DNA of 64,000 nt from Laetmonice hystrix. Lineage: Eukaryota. The DNA is taken from assembly GCA_965235115.1 (NCBI GenBank), contig OZ249438.1, positions 20,088,001-20,152,000 of the forward strand. Reading direction: 5' to 3'. Shown here in pieces: positions 40,603 to 51,736 of this stretch. Numbering within the stretch: position 1 is the first letter of the stretch; each line of letters starts with the position of its first letter. The notes below the pieces were generated by a model that was given only the letters and a program-made list of their open reading frames with translations, was not told the origin of the DNA and ran no database searches. The position numbers and the translations under genes were made by a program.

Positions 40603-43600
40603 AAGACCTAAGTAAAGATGGTATCGATGATTGATGTGTCAAACAAAGTTTTGTATTCAGACCTACAGTTCCGGATCTATATATTTATAGCAGCTACAGT
40701 TTCTGCCTAGGACACTTTCAATCAGATCGAAGGAACGGAGGGCACCTACAAGTTAGGCAAGCCTACCCCGCTCCTCCACACCAACTTCCAAATCTTACCA
40801 TATACATAGGAGAAGGCCTATTGCGGGCCATACTTCCAACTGTACGAACCAGCAAGTCTACTAGCTACCGGCATATACTGCTGGTCTCCATCCATCTTGA
40901 ACAATGGCCGCTGTGTAGCGCTCAGGTGGCCGCCGACCTGTTGAGCTGCCATGACCCATTGATAGACGATTGGCTCCAATGATAGGTTGGTACGGGGGGC
41001 GTGGTCGGGGTCCCTCATACAATCAAAGGGCCGCCAAGGGCCACCCCATCAGTATTGTGACGGGGTAGCACGTGCTCCTATAGATATACAGTGTCCCCGT
41101 AATAGAACGCTTCTCCCGGCTATTTGAGGCCCAAGGAACACTGTGTCCCCCATACAGTGTGTGTATATAAAGCTTTAGTCATCACTCAATGAATCTCATC
41201 TATGTTAAAATGATAGATAAATACAAGTATACCACAATCTACAAACATCCAATCGAATACGATAAGAAGGGCTCGAGGCAAGTATTCAATGGTGGTCATC
41301 TTATGTAGTCTTTGAGGCAATATTGGTTAAAATAATCTGTTACTGACGATTTCAGGGTGGATATTTTGTGCATATACCAGGCTTTACCTACAGCTGGGTT
41401 TATCCATCCTTGATAGACCCGGCAGAGATTATGTTCTGGTTCGAGCGAATACTTGGGATCTAGAAACTGCTTTCCGCTTTCAGATGTGCCGCGCTGCTTG
41501 CAAAAGGCTATCTATGTCTGTATATGAAAGCGGGAACTTTTTATGTCAATAAAGTGCCGTTACATTGTCATTTGGATAAACCCGCTTTTTGTCTTTTCCT
41601 GCAAACAGTTCAACAATGACTACGGATCTGATTTCGCCGCGCCACACAGAAGCGTTGACATACACTTGTGCGCAGTTTGCCAGGTAGTTTGGCTGGAGGC
41701 CGTTCGGCCGAGGAGAGGTGATCGCCCGGTTTCAGAGCGTCTTTGCTGCTGAGGACGTCAAAACTATATACGGTACGTCTTCAGTGGCTAAACTTTGGTT
41801 GTCCTGTAATGGACTGGTCCCCTGTACAAGTACCTGCCGGTCCACTCGAAGCTAACAACATGCCTTTCTTACTCATACAATCGCTTCGTTTTATAGCCAC
41901 AGTGCCGTGGTGGTAAGGCCACGCATGGCGGATTTAGGATTCGGTTTTTCCCACCGTTGGTTGGAGAAGGCGGTAAGAGGCATTGTGTTGGCATTGTGGG
42001 CCGGTGTGTACGCGGCCTCTGCCGCCGGGTGTACGGTTTCGCCGACCACCGGCCGGTCCCGTGTCGGATTACCCGGCACCTGCGGCCGCCCAACACCTGG
42101 CCGACCACCACCCGATCCGAATCACCAAAATGGAAAGACGCACTCTCACAACTTGTCGACATCGGTTCTACACATTGTCATGGGTCCCAAGATTGGAGTT
42201 TTTTTTCATGAACCGAAACCCAAGCGCATATCATCAGATACAAAGTTTTTTTAAACGAATTGTATAAAGGGGAAAATATAAGAACTATACTGTAGGACCT
42301 CGTCTCTTTCCCCTTCAGGTCCATTAACGTGTAATCTTGTCGCAAAGCTTCTCCTCTTTCAATAATCTTTGCCCCTAATATGGATGCATCACTTTTTTCT
42401 GGCATTCTTGCCGTCTTTCAGAAACTGAAACCCGATGCGACTGGAAATTGCCATAATCTGGGAGTGCGATGGTTCTCAAGGTGACCGCTGATCGGTTGGT
42501 ACTGACTCGTCCATTCAGGCCTCGCTCACGACATGCGCACGGTGCCCACCGCGACAGTTGGATGGACTTTAGATATGCCATAATTTAGCGAGTCTCTTCT
42601 TAACAACTCCAACAATTGGACCTGTCATGCAGGTAACAAGACTAAGTTGTTATTCATATTCATGAGCACACCTGCAGACGCTGCCGACGGAAGGCTGACC
42701 CCCACACCTGTGGAGGACACGGCCCCAGGGGGCAATCCTGCCATCCCTGGCGGCCGCTTACGGACAGGGGTTGAGAAAGCGGCGTGACCCACCAAATTAA
42801 CAGTGTCACTGTCCCCTCAACCCCCACCCCTTTACCCCACCCCCAACTATCGTCACCCGCCGCTCACTGACCAAACTACGGGTTCAAAGATACTCCACAC
42901 ATATTTGGAAAAACTTGAGAGTTTGTTCATCTCCGAAAACACAAATCTGAGGATATCATGCAGAAGTAGAGTCTACATGTATTCAGTATGCTGAAAATAT
43001 TATGGGATCCTGTCGTTCCTGTCAACTCTGCATGTGTAGAAATTTCAACATGTATTTGAAGAGAGTAGCGCCTTTGATAGTGGGTTTCCTATTGAAGGGA
43101 CACTGCATGAAGTTAAAGAGATTTAAGCATTTTGGCAAGAAAAATATACCTGTTATAATTTTCTCCTTACCTCCAACTTCATGACGTACTAACAAATAAT
43201 ATCAAAAGTCAATACTTGTTGCGGGTTTTTCAATATAAAATCGTCGCGATAATGTACAAAGCATACTGTAATCGAAATATTCTGATAATTAAGGCGAAGA
43301 TATCCATTTTCCCTGTATCCATGTAAAGAGGAATTCGAAGGGGAAACTAGATAACGTGCATGGTGTGTATAGGTTGTATGGGTAAAAAGTTATGGTTATC
43401 TGAACTCTTTCATGGGTGCAGTGAACTATGCAGTTTGCATGCGTTCAACGCAGTTCTCTCCATATTCCAAACATATTTTCCTAACTTCCAAGGTTACATA
43501 ACAGAACGTATTGCATTATTACTTTAAGAAAGTGGATACAGGCAATAAATGACACGTTATACGTTGCCTTTGTACATTATATTTTTGTAACCCTTACTTT

Positions 43601-46372
43601 TTTATTTGCAGTAGGCCATAGCGATTGATGAATAGTCTAGAGCTGTAGCATGACCTGGCAATATATGTTATACATGTTGCATGATATGCAACAATGCATG
43701 ATATCTTTTTCCTGATTGCCCAAGTCATGATTGCTTGGTTTTGGTAAGTCTTCAACACGACCTATACTGACCTGTTTTTATGCTAGATACAGTCTCACAG
43801 AGATCGTCCTATTCACAAGGCGAACAGCAAGAGTAGAAGCCAGAAAAACGTCCTGCAAGGTTTCTCCGTCGTCAAATGACACTTCGACTGTCGCGTAACG
43901 AGAAACGTAATTACTGTGAGGGCTGCATTTTGTCGCGACCACTCTAGAGTGATAAGTTGAATGACATAGGGCCATGGAAATTGCGCGTATCTCAAACGCA
44001 TACATTTCACAAATGCATTTTATTTTTCAAACTTTGAAATAACACTATCCATATCATTATAATAATATGCCTATATACACATGCCATGTATAATATAGCG
44101 TTGAAACATTTGTAAAACAGTTGATTGTATTGTAATTATACAGGCAATTGGAATTTTCCTCCTGCCACCATTAATGGAGGGGGGGGGGCTCCCCAGGCTA
44201 GCCTGAACCATGACGTATGACGACCCCACGCGCGCCGTATTTCTCCACTAATCCTACCCACAGTCAGTGTCTGAAGATGATAACAGTCTATATAGGGCAT
44301 TGTGTGTTTGCTGATGACAGCGATAAGAGCAGCAGATATCGGGGCAAACACACGACAACATTGCCCCAGACCGCCCCTTCACATCTAATTTGTGCCCGTT
44401 ATCAATGATCTCGGGCGATGTTTAGTTCCAAAGATCCTCGTCATTTCTTGCTGACGTCTGTATTTGATTACCCCCCCCCCCCACCCCGCCAGTTCCCCAA
44501 CTCATAACCACACCTTTCAGGTACATGACGTAAATTATTTACAAACAAGAATAAAAAGAAATGTGTTTGTCGTGATATCTACATTCTGGTGCTACATATC
44601 TTAACTAAGTAAATCATTGTTACCAACACTATTACACTCTTAAATATCTCAATTAAAAATATCAATTGGCATTGTTGATTTCATCAGATAATTTACACAG
44701 CCATAACATGGTCTATCAATAAAAAGGGCAAAACGTTATAAGGGAATTCTTTTTATAAAGTGGCGTTCTGATTATGGGTCATGAAGGAATTCATTCCGAT
44801 TAAGTTTACAGGTTTGAACTAAAAATACGCAGGTTGTCTGCAGGCGAAAAACTGGTGTTCCATTATAGCCAAAGTGTTATTTTTCAGTATATAGCAGTGC
44901 TGAGACTGTCAATGGTGAATCCCCGTGACCAGTTAAATCGGACGGCAGGCACAGCACTTGGGCCCCCGCAGAGCCTCAGTATCGAATCTATTCTGCGGCC
45001 GAATCTGGAGAAAATCAAAGCACCCCCCGTGTCACGGGGTCGCCGAGGGGCCTGTGGATGCTTAGACTGTTTCAGAAACTCAGTAGCAGGCGGGAGAGGA
45101 CCGCACCGCGACTCTTTCAGGTCTGGCCACGTGAGGCGGGCTTGTGAAATGGGGGAGAAAGGACTCTGGCAAGCCCTTTGACGGGGCTTAACTGGTGGAA
45201 GGGCGTCCTGCAGAGAGTGGTACTCAGCCGTATAACTGTCAGTTGTCAACACGCCGTCAAAAGCGCACGACACTTTAAATAGCCGTATTTGCTGTGCTAA
45301 GGAGTTACAGCATGTGATCCTCATAATGTTTCTCATCAAAAAAGGGGTTCGGACATGTCCATCCATTCCTTTACTGGATTCTCATTGCCGGGGTCAAAGG
45401 TTGTGCTCCCAAACACCCATCGGGCACCCGAAATGGACACCCAGGGCAGCTGCAATGCACGTGGCATTTTCTTGCTCTCGTGCGAACTCTTGTTTTACAA
45501 ATCTTCCAAGAGTGTTGTATGGTAGGTCAGACCACTTCATACCAAAAACCGGCTGAGATGCGACTGGTCCTCCACGCAGCTGAGGCAATATTTATCATGT
45601 TTATAGACCTGCCGTGAGTGCTTCCATAGCCCGCGGACGTTGGTTGCCTTCCTACGTCAGTCACGCGAGTAATCTGGCGAACACAGACAAGGATGACTGT
45701 ATTATAAGGCGAACTAAACAGAACTTACTGCGTGTTAAATGGATCCCTTCACAGATCCTTCCTATTGAATGTTGTCTGGGAGGAATGTTTTCAGTCTGGC
45801 AGGGAGTTCCATGCTGCCCCGACATCAATTCCGATCAGTCGAAATACATTGATATCATACTCTTCTTTTGAGTTTCTTCTTCCTTTTCTTCGTTTAAATG
45901 GAGTGAAGCATTCTTATTTGGTGGCAAACGTACCTTTACCTGCACGCGTAGGAGATGATTCCATGGTTTGTGACTGATTTACGGATTGACGTATAGACAT
46001 GACGGAACAACACGGGAAAGTGAGGATAAATGAAAAGCAAAACAAGAAACAAAATATATACTTTAAAAACACTCACACATACATAAGTAGGAATGGGTCG
46101 AGGAGAAATTGTAATATCAGATGAGGATTCTGTTAACCTAGTTCATTTTATTCTCAATAACATGCAGTTACATGCAGTAAACACCTTTTGTTTCTTGGTC
46201 ACTTGTGGTTCTACCGAATTTTCTCACTTCAAGACAAGGCTAACCATCGGCTACACATTTCCCTTCTTTAGATATTGTTTTATCATCCATTCAATGTATC
46301 ATTTTACTGTGTATCACTGGTCACAGCAACAAAAATCAATTACAAAACCTTAGGTTGTTCTGTACTTGTAAG

Positions 46373-46378
46373 TTTATT
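46373..46378 (-). promoter_or_regulatory. Candidate polyadenylation signal of the DapF-like gene
   Basis: AATAAA on the minus strand, 8 nt after the TGA stop at 46387-46389. Confidence 0.5.
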
Positions 46379-46386
46379 ATTATGCT

Positions 46387-47268
46387 TCACTTTTTAGAGT
46401 ATTTAGATTTAGGGTTTGCCAAATAAGCTTCGTAATTAACTTCCCCTTTAAATACCCTTTTTGCGGGTCCAATCAGATGGATGTTTTGAAATTCAGTTGT
46501 CCCTGTGCGTTCGAAGGAAACGGAAAGCTTTCCACCTTTACATATCACTTCCGTTCGTTGTACTTCCGGTTTCGATGACGTCTGCCATGGTTTGGTCGAC
46601 TCGTAAACCAAGGCTGAAGCCACGGATCCCGTACCACAAGCTAACGGCTCGTAATCTACTTTCGATTCCAGACTTCTAACACTCAACTGACCATCACTTT
46701 CAACTTGAATAAACATGACGTTCATTCCTCCGCTCGTTTCATACCTTGGATCCCGACTTATCCTAACACCTACTCCGGCAGTGTCGTAATCCCACAAATT
46801 CTCCACGAACGTCACATGACGTTCGTTGCCGACATCAATGAAATAATTCTCCTCGTCATATTTTTTTATTTCCCGAACACTGTTAAATTGAATGAAAACG
46901 TCCTCGGTCTCCTCGTCCACCCAGCCAACGTGCGGACCGTCTCTCGCCATGAAGTTAAACTTCTCTCCGACACGGTGAACTCCAAGGAAATGGGAAAAGG
47001 CAACGGCGCATCGAGATCCATTACCACACAGATACGGCCCCTTCACGCCTTCTTCACGGGTATAAACCATTTCAAAGTCACACTGCGGGTGTGCACGGAC
47101 CTCTAACACGCCGTCTGCCCCGACTCCAAAGTTTCTGTCACACAGCCACTGTATGAAAGCACGGTCGTCACTGTACTGGTCAAAGTGACCGTCGCGATTA
47201 TCAATCAGGATAAAGTCATTCCCCGCACCGTGGTACTTATAAAACGTGATATCTCCGGACAAAGCCAT
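46387..47268 (-). CDS. dapF: Diaminopimelate epimerase (DapF)-fold protein, 293 aa, intronless ORF, bacterial-type
   Basis: Full-length DapF motifs in order: FYKYHGAGNDFILIDNR, LCDRNFGVGADG, CGNGSRC (catalytic Cys 1), GN..HV.FV, G.NV.F, ACGTG (catalytic Cys 2), GGKL.V.F, L.GPA..VFKG. The overall layout recalls Bacteroidota DapF (inference, not searched). Confidence 0.92.
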   Translation of the reverse strand: MALSGDITFYKYHGAGNDFILIDNRDGHFDQYSDDRAFIQWLCDRNFGVGADGVLEVRAHPQCDFEMVYTREEGVKGPYLCGNGSRCAVAFSHFLGVHRVGEKFNFMARDGPHVGWVDEETEDVFIQFNSVREIKKYDEENYFIDVGNERHVTFVENLWDYDTAGVGVRISRDPRYETSGGMNVMFIQVESDGQLSVRSLESKVDYEPLACGTGSVASALVYESTKPWQTSSKPEVQRTEVICKGGKLSVSFERTGTTEFQNIHLIGPAKRVFKGEVNYEAYLANPKSKYSKK

Positions 47269-47277
47269 TCTGCAAAT

Positions 47278-47300
47278 CTGAAAGAGACGTAGCGGAAGTG
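47278..47300 (-). promoter_or_regulatory. Spliceosomal 3' splice acceptor upstream of the DapF-like ATG
   Basis: Minus strand reads ...CACTTCCGCTACGTCTCTTTCAG|ATTTGCAGA ATG: a pyrimidine tract plus CAG, 9 nt before the start codon. Confidence 0.6.
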
Positions 47301-47323
47301 TGAACTCGCAAAGAAAATACTAA

Positions 47324-47476
47324 NNNNNNNNNNNNNNNNNNNNNNNNNNNNNNNNNNNNNNNNNNNNNNNNNNNNNNNNNNNNNNNNNNNNNNNNNNNNN
47401 NNNNNNNNNNNNNNNNNNNNNNNNNNNNNNNNNNNNNNNNNNNNNNNNNNNNNNNNNNNNNNNNNNNNNNNNNNNN
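47324..47476. other. Assembly gap (N run), bordered by GA/GACA simple repeats
   Basis: Run of N, followed by AGAGAG/GACAGACA/GAGACA repeats to about 47545. Confidence 1.
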
Positions 47477-48308
47477 AGAGAGGCAGAGAGGGAGACAGAC
47501 AGACAGACCAACAGGGAGAGAGACAGAGACAGAGACAGAGACAGAGTAGGCCTACTGGGGGAGGCCAAGGCTAAATCTATTTGGCTGGTGTACCAATTTG
47601 GTCCTTCATCTAAATAATAATATTGAATTGGGAATACATATGGCATGGGGGCAGACCTCCGCGCATAAAGGACCAAGAGGAGCATAGGTCCTATGCATAG
47701 GGCCTATGCTTTATACCCTTTCCAACTTCAGTACCACAGTCCAATGGCTTGGCTTGCGGATAGTGTTTTATTACTTATACTGAAGGTGTCGCCACAAGCG
47801 GTACAACCACGGCAAACCATTGAATGGGGGGAATATTTGCTTCGCTCAGATTACACTAGACGGCAGTGCGGTAGTTAACTTCGCCAGCAAGGACGACACT
47901 CCATAAGCTATATACATGTATTAGATAAGGCCTGCCTCTAGACAATGGGATGTCGCCTCTTAGTTCGAATATATCATAAGAAAGTATAGACCCCCTATAC
48001 ATGGCCAATGTAAGATTACATTTCGTGATTTTGGTGAGCCTCAATAAACCAAAACACAAGACACTTAGACAGACACGGTAGCGTCCTACATCCATAAGGG
48101 ATCAAATAGGCCTAATATGATCATCATGCACGACAAGGGGCGGATCCAACAGGGAGGGTATAGGGCAGGTCTATCTATAGGGGGTGGGCTCTTTCTCGGA
48201 AAGCGATTAAACAAGTAACTGTCATCTAAGTGAGGCCAAATATTAAAACTGTAGGCCTACTGTGCATGCAGCCTAACTGACAAGTCTAAACAGGATATAA
48301 TACGCTAC

Positions 48309-48569
48309 CCCTGGCGGATCCAGGATTTCACTAAGAGGGGGGGGGGGCACAGAAAAGCAATTCATGATTGTTTGCATTAAAGCTGATGCTCTTGAATGAG
48401 AGTTTTAGAGGTATATGCCTACATATAGCTCGGGGTTTCCCTGAGACACACCGTCAGTGTTAAAATTAATTAAAAATGAGTAGGCTATAGCCGTGTAGGC
48501 CTATAATTAATGAAGCTAAAGGAGGCACGTGCCCCCTGTGCCCCCCCCCCCCCCCTGGATCCGCCTTTG
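48309..48569. mobile_element. About 260-bp MITE, copy 1 (GGCGGATCC TIR core, 5-bp TSD GCTAC)
   Basis: CCCTGGCGGATCCAGG...CCTGGATCCGCCTTTG flanked by GCTAC at 48304-48308 and 48570-48574; near-identical to 49415-49677. Confidence 0.85.
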
Positions 48570-49414
48570 GCTACATAGGCTACTAGGCCTACCTGTTATT
48601 GAGCAGACGCTGTCCCGTTATACAGAGACTGACCTCTACGAGCACAGAGGATCGACAGGTTGTCTCTGGGTGTTCAGAGATTTCTTATCGCTCATACAGA
48701 TAACAACCAATATTATAGACCCTGGGGCCGTTATTTTTCATCTTGTGTTATGGTTTCTCATTGACTGACTTCATTTGAAGGACCAATCACTCTGAAACAA
48801 GAGTTCAGTCTTAAGATTTGAATCTACAGTCTCGGTTTCCAAACTAAAAACCAGGACCAGGGCCGGGCTTAGTCTCCAATGATGGGATTACTGTTTAGGG
48901 CAGGGGGCTGTTCCGACACCTCTGACTCTGTGGCTTTGAAAGGTCTTCAGCACGTGACGTCAACACTTTTAACAATGACTCGAAGAACAGTTCTAAGTAG
49001 GCCTAAATAAGGATGCCTACCTGGAGACGTATACCAGAATCCCTTGGTCTATGCGTAGGGGGAGCTACAGGAATAGGCCTATTGGATTCTATGGGGTAGG
49101 CCGTGCGCGGCGGGGGGGGGGGTACTAAAAGTTAGACATATTTCTATCAATTCTAAGGGCGCAGGCTGTCTGCCAAAAATGGAACTTTTTCCAGGAAGTT
49201 TTTTAGGACTATGAGAGGAACTTTCCCTCCATATATTTAGCCAAGCCTACGCATCCGGGCCTATAGGCCCTACGGCTAGTTACACGTTACATCTACATCA
49301 AGTAGGAGCAATCCATATCAGGCCCATTTCCCGGCAGTCTGGCTGACCCTGACTGCCTGGCCCAGTTCGTGGAATATCTCTGGCGACCGGCTGGCATCGA
49401 AGGGCAAACGTTTG

Positions 49415-49677
49415 CACTGGCGGATCCAGGATTTCACTAAAGGGGGGGGGGGCACAGAAAAGCAATTCATGATTGTTTGCATTACTAATTAAAGCTCATG
49501 CTCTTGAATTAGATTTTTAGATGTATAGGCCTACATAATAGCTCGGGGTTTCCCTGAGATACACCGTCAGTGTTAAAATTAATTCAAAATAAGTAGGCTA
49601 TAGCCGTGTATAGGGCTAATTAGTGAAGCTAACGGAGGGGCACGTGTCCCCTGTGCCCCCCTCTGGATCCGCCTTTG
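49415..49677. mobile_element. About 260-bp MITE, copy 2
   Basis: Direct-orientation paralogue of 48309-48569 along its whole length (GGCGGATCCAGGATTTCACTAA...GGCACAGAAAAGCAATTCATGATTG...GGATCCGCCTTTG). Confidence 0.85.
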
Positions 49678-49979
49678 GAACTTTGTCTACCAGGTAAGTA
49701 GGTGCATTGTCGCCAGTAAATGTCCACTTTAGGCCAGTGGCAGCATAATTTGAAGGATGGACCAAGACTGACCTGAAAGCGTTGGATAGGTCTACCTTCG
49801 CCAGGTATGCTCCTTGTGACAGGTGGACAGTTTCCGGTTTAATTTCGCGACTGATGGCGGAGCAGTTAGAAGGTTATTGATCCGTGTCCTCCCTGCACAC
49901 TATCCGCCAACTAAAGTAAACAATTTCTCTCCCCGCCCCAGTTTGCTGACACACATTTACATTCACAGGGCTCGGAAAA

Positions 49980-51736
49980 ATGGCGACCACTATAACTACC
50001 GGTCTGGTTCTCGGTGTGGTACTTTGTACCTGTCTGGTGGCGTCCTACAAGTATGACCGAACCCAGGAGTCAAACTGGTTTAAGGTCTTGTCACGAGACA
50101 GAAAACTTTATGGGTATCGTTCCGCAAACGAAGTAAGTAGATGTACATATCTATCGGCCTCGGCCTGGCAGTGTCAATCCTTTGTCACTTCATCATGTTC
50201 ATGTGACTATGACTAGTAATATCAAACAGGAACTAAGGCCCGGAGATATAACGTTCCTGTTGGTCGGCCATGTGTCATCATTTATCATTTTATATCACAC
50301 AATATGTCAAGGACCCAGACGTCAACCCCCTAGAAACCCAGACACCATGATTAGAGATCCATCTCTCTTTTGTAATCAGATCTTTAGAACTGGTCCTTGC
50401 TTCCTGCAAGCTTGGACCAACTAGTCAATCTCTCCCAGGGTTCACCGCGCCGGGGACGATGGCGCGGTGAACCCTGGGAGAGAATGCCAACTAGTATTTA
50501 TAAGCTGCAAGCCCTCGCAATTCTGATGCTTAACCGCTTCGATCAAGCCTAAAAGGCCTTTGTCAAACATTCTGTAGCTTAAATTCCGCCCCCAGCCGAT
50601 GAGCAAGGCATGATCCTACCGGCCTGCCCAAATCCCATTATGGGTTGTGCGCCTTCTCTTTAAAATGATCAAATTATGTAGGTTTTCAAGATTCCGATTC
50701 CTGGGCCCGTATGCATAAAAAGAGGTATACCTATAGCCTACTTTGTTTACCGGGTGTAACTATAAACGGCTGGTTTTCTTGAACCCCATTTATGCATACG
50801 GACAGAGTTAAACTTTAGTTTAAGCCCCATTAAGCCACCTTTATGTATACGGGGCCCTGGTGTTTTACTTGCAGGTGTTGAGAAAGTCGTTATACTTGGA
50901 GAAATTTCATTGGAAGAACTGCGGGAGCAGCTCCGACCCGACCCAACTCAAGTCGCTCACCCTGAGTCCTGACCCTCTCCCCATCCCGGGTAACTTCACC
51001 CTGGGCTTCAGCGTTTATAGCAACGTCCCACTCCGGTCGCCCCTCAAGGTAGGTGACATGGCGAAGGCGGGTCAGGGAATGGAGAGTCCGCACGCCATAC
51101 ATCCCTAGAAACAGTAGTATTATGGTACAGGAGCTCGAGGGGAAATTCTTCCAAATGAAGTGGATTGCAAGCTATGGTGAGCTCATTACAATCTGAGGCC
51201 CGCTGCCCTTGCAGATCGAGATGTTGGTGAAGAAGAAAGAGTTGGTATGGATTGAGATTCCTTGCGTGGAAAGCATAGGCTCGTGTACGTACACAGACAT
51301 TTGTCAGTTCCTGACAACAATCCAGGTCTGTCCCGAAGTGCTTGTCGACCATGGAATCCAATGTCTGTGTCCATACAACGCTGTAAGTACCCGTCCTTAC
51401 ATATTACAGTTTACATACCAAGTCAGAGAAAGCAACTAATAATGTAATTTCAAAAGACAAACACTTTAAGTAATTCATTTAGGATAATAAAGGCACCCAA
51501 GATTTTCAGTTCACTTTGTCAAACATATTCCCCTGTAATTGATGTATGTCTGGTTGTGACAGGGCACGTACACACTGCCACCAAGTGAGGTAATCATCGG
51601 GTCGCTGCCGTTACCTGAGTGGCTCAGTCAAGGCCAGTATCAAATCACGGCCAAGTTCAGTACTAACGGCCAGCCTCTCGGCTGTATCGAGATCTACGTG
51701 ACCTTGGCTGACCTTGGCAAACGTCCGACAAACTGA
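49980..51736 (+). CDS. GM2A: Ganglioside GM2 activator-like protein (ML lipid-binding domain), 222 aa; exons 49980-50132, 50875-51048, 51215-51382, 51563-51736
   Basis: Signal peptide MATTITTGLVLGVVLCTCLVAS, then FHWKNCG, LSPDPLPIPG, IPCVESIGSCTYTDIC, CPEVL..GIQCLCP, GTYTLP, LPEWLSQGQY, LGCIEI. Eight cysteines match the GM2A pattern. All introns are GT-AG, phase 0, and the spliced frame ends in TGA at 51734-51736. Confidence 0.93.
50426..50486. mobile_element. 61-bp hairpin mini-element with 9-bp TSD, in GM2A intron 1
   Basis: 23-bp perfect inverted arms (50429-50451 and 50461-50483) flanked by the direct repeat CCAACTAGT (50417-50425 and 50487-50495). Confidence 0.8.
50704..50856. mobile_element. 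MITE (GGCCC termini, CTG TSD, PIF/Harbinger-like) in GM2A intron 1
   Basis: GGCCCGTATGCATAAA...TTTATGTATACGGGGCC with CTG on both flanks (50701-50703 and 50857-50859). Confidence 0.65.

Noticed and set aside
44834-45977. Cluster of 80-160 aa ORFs downstream of the DapF-like gene, considered as co-transferred bacterial genes
   Set aside because: No recognisable domain in any frame and ORFs overlap on both strands; no support for an operon remnant.
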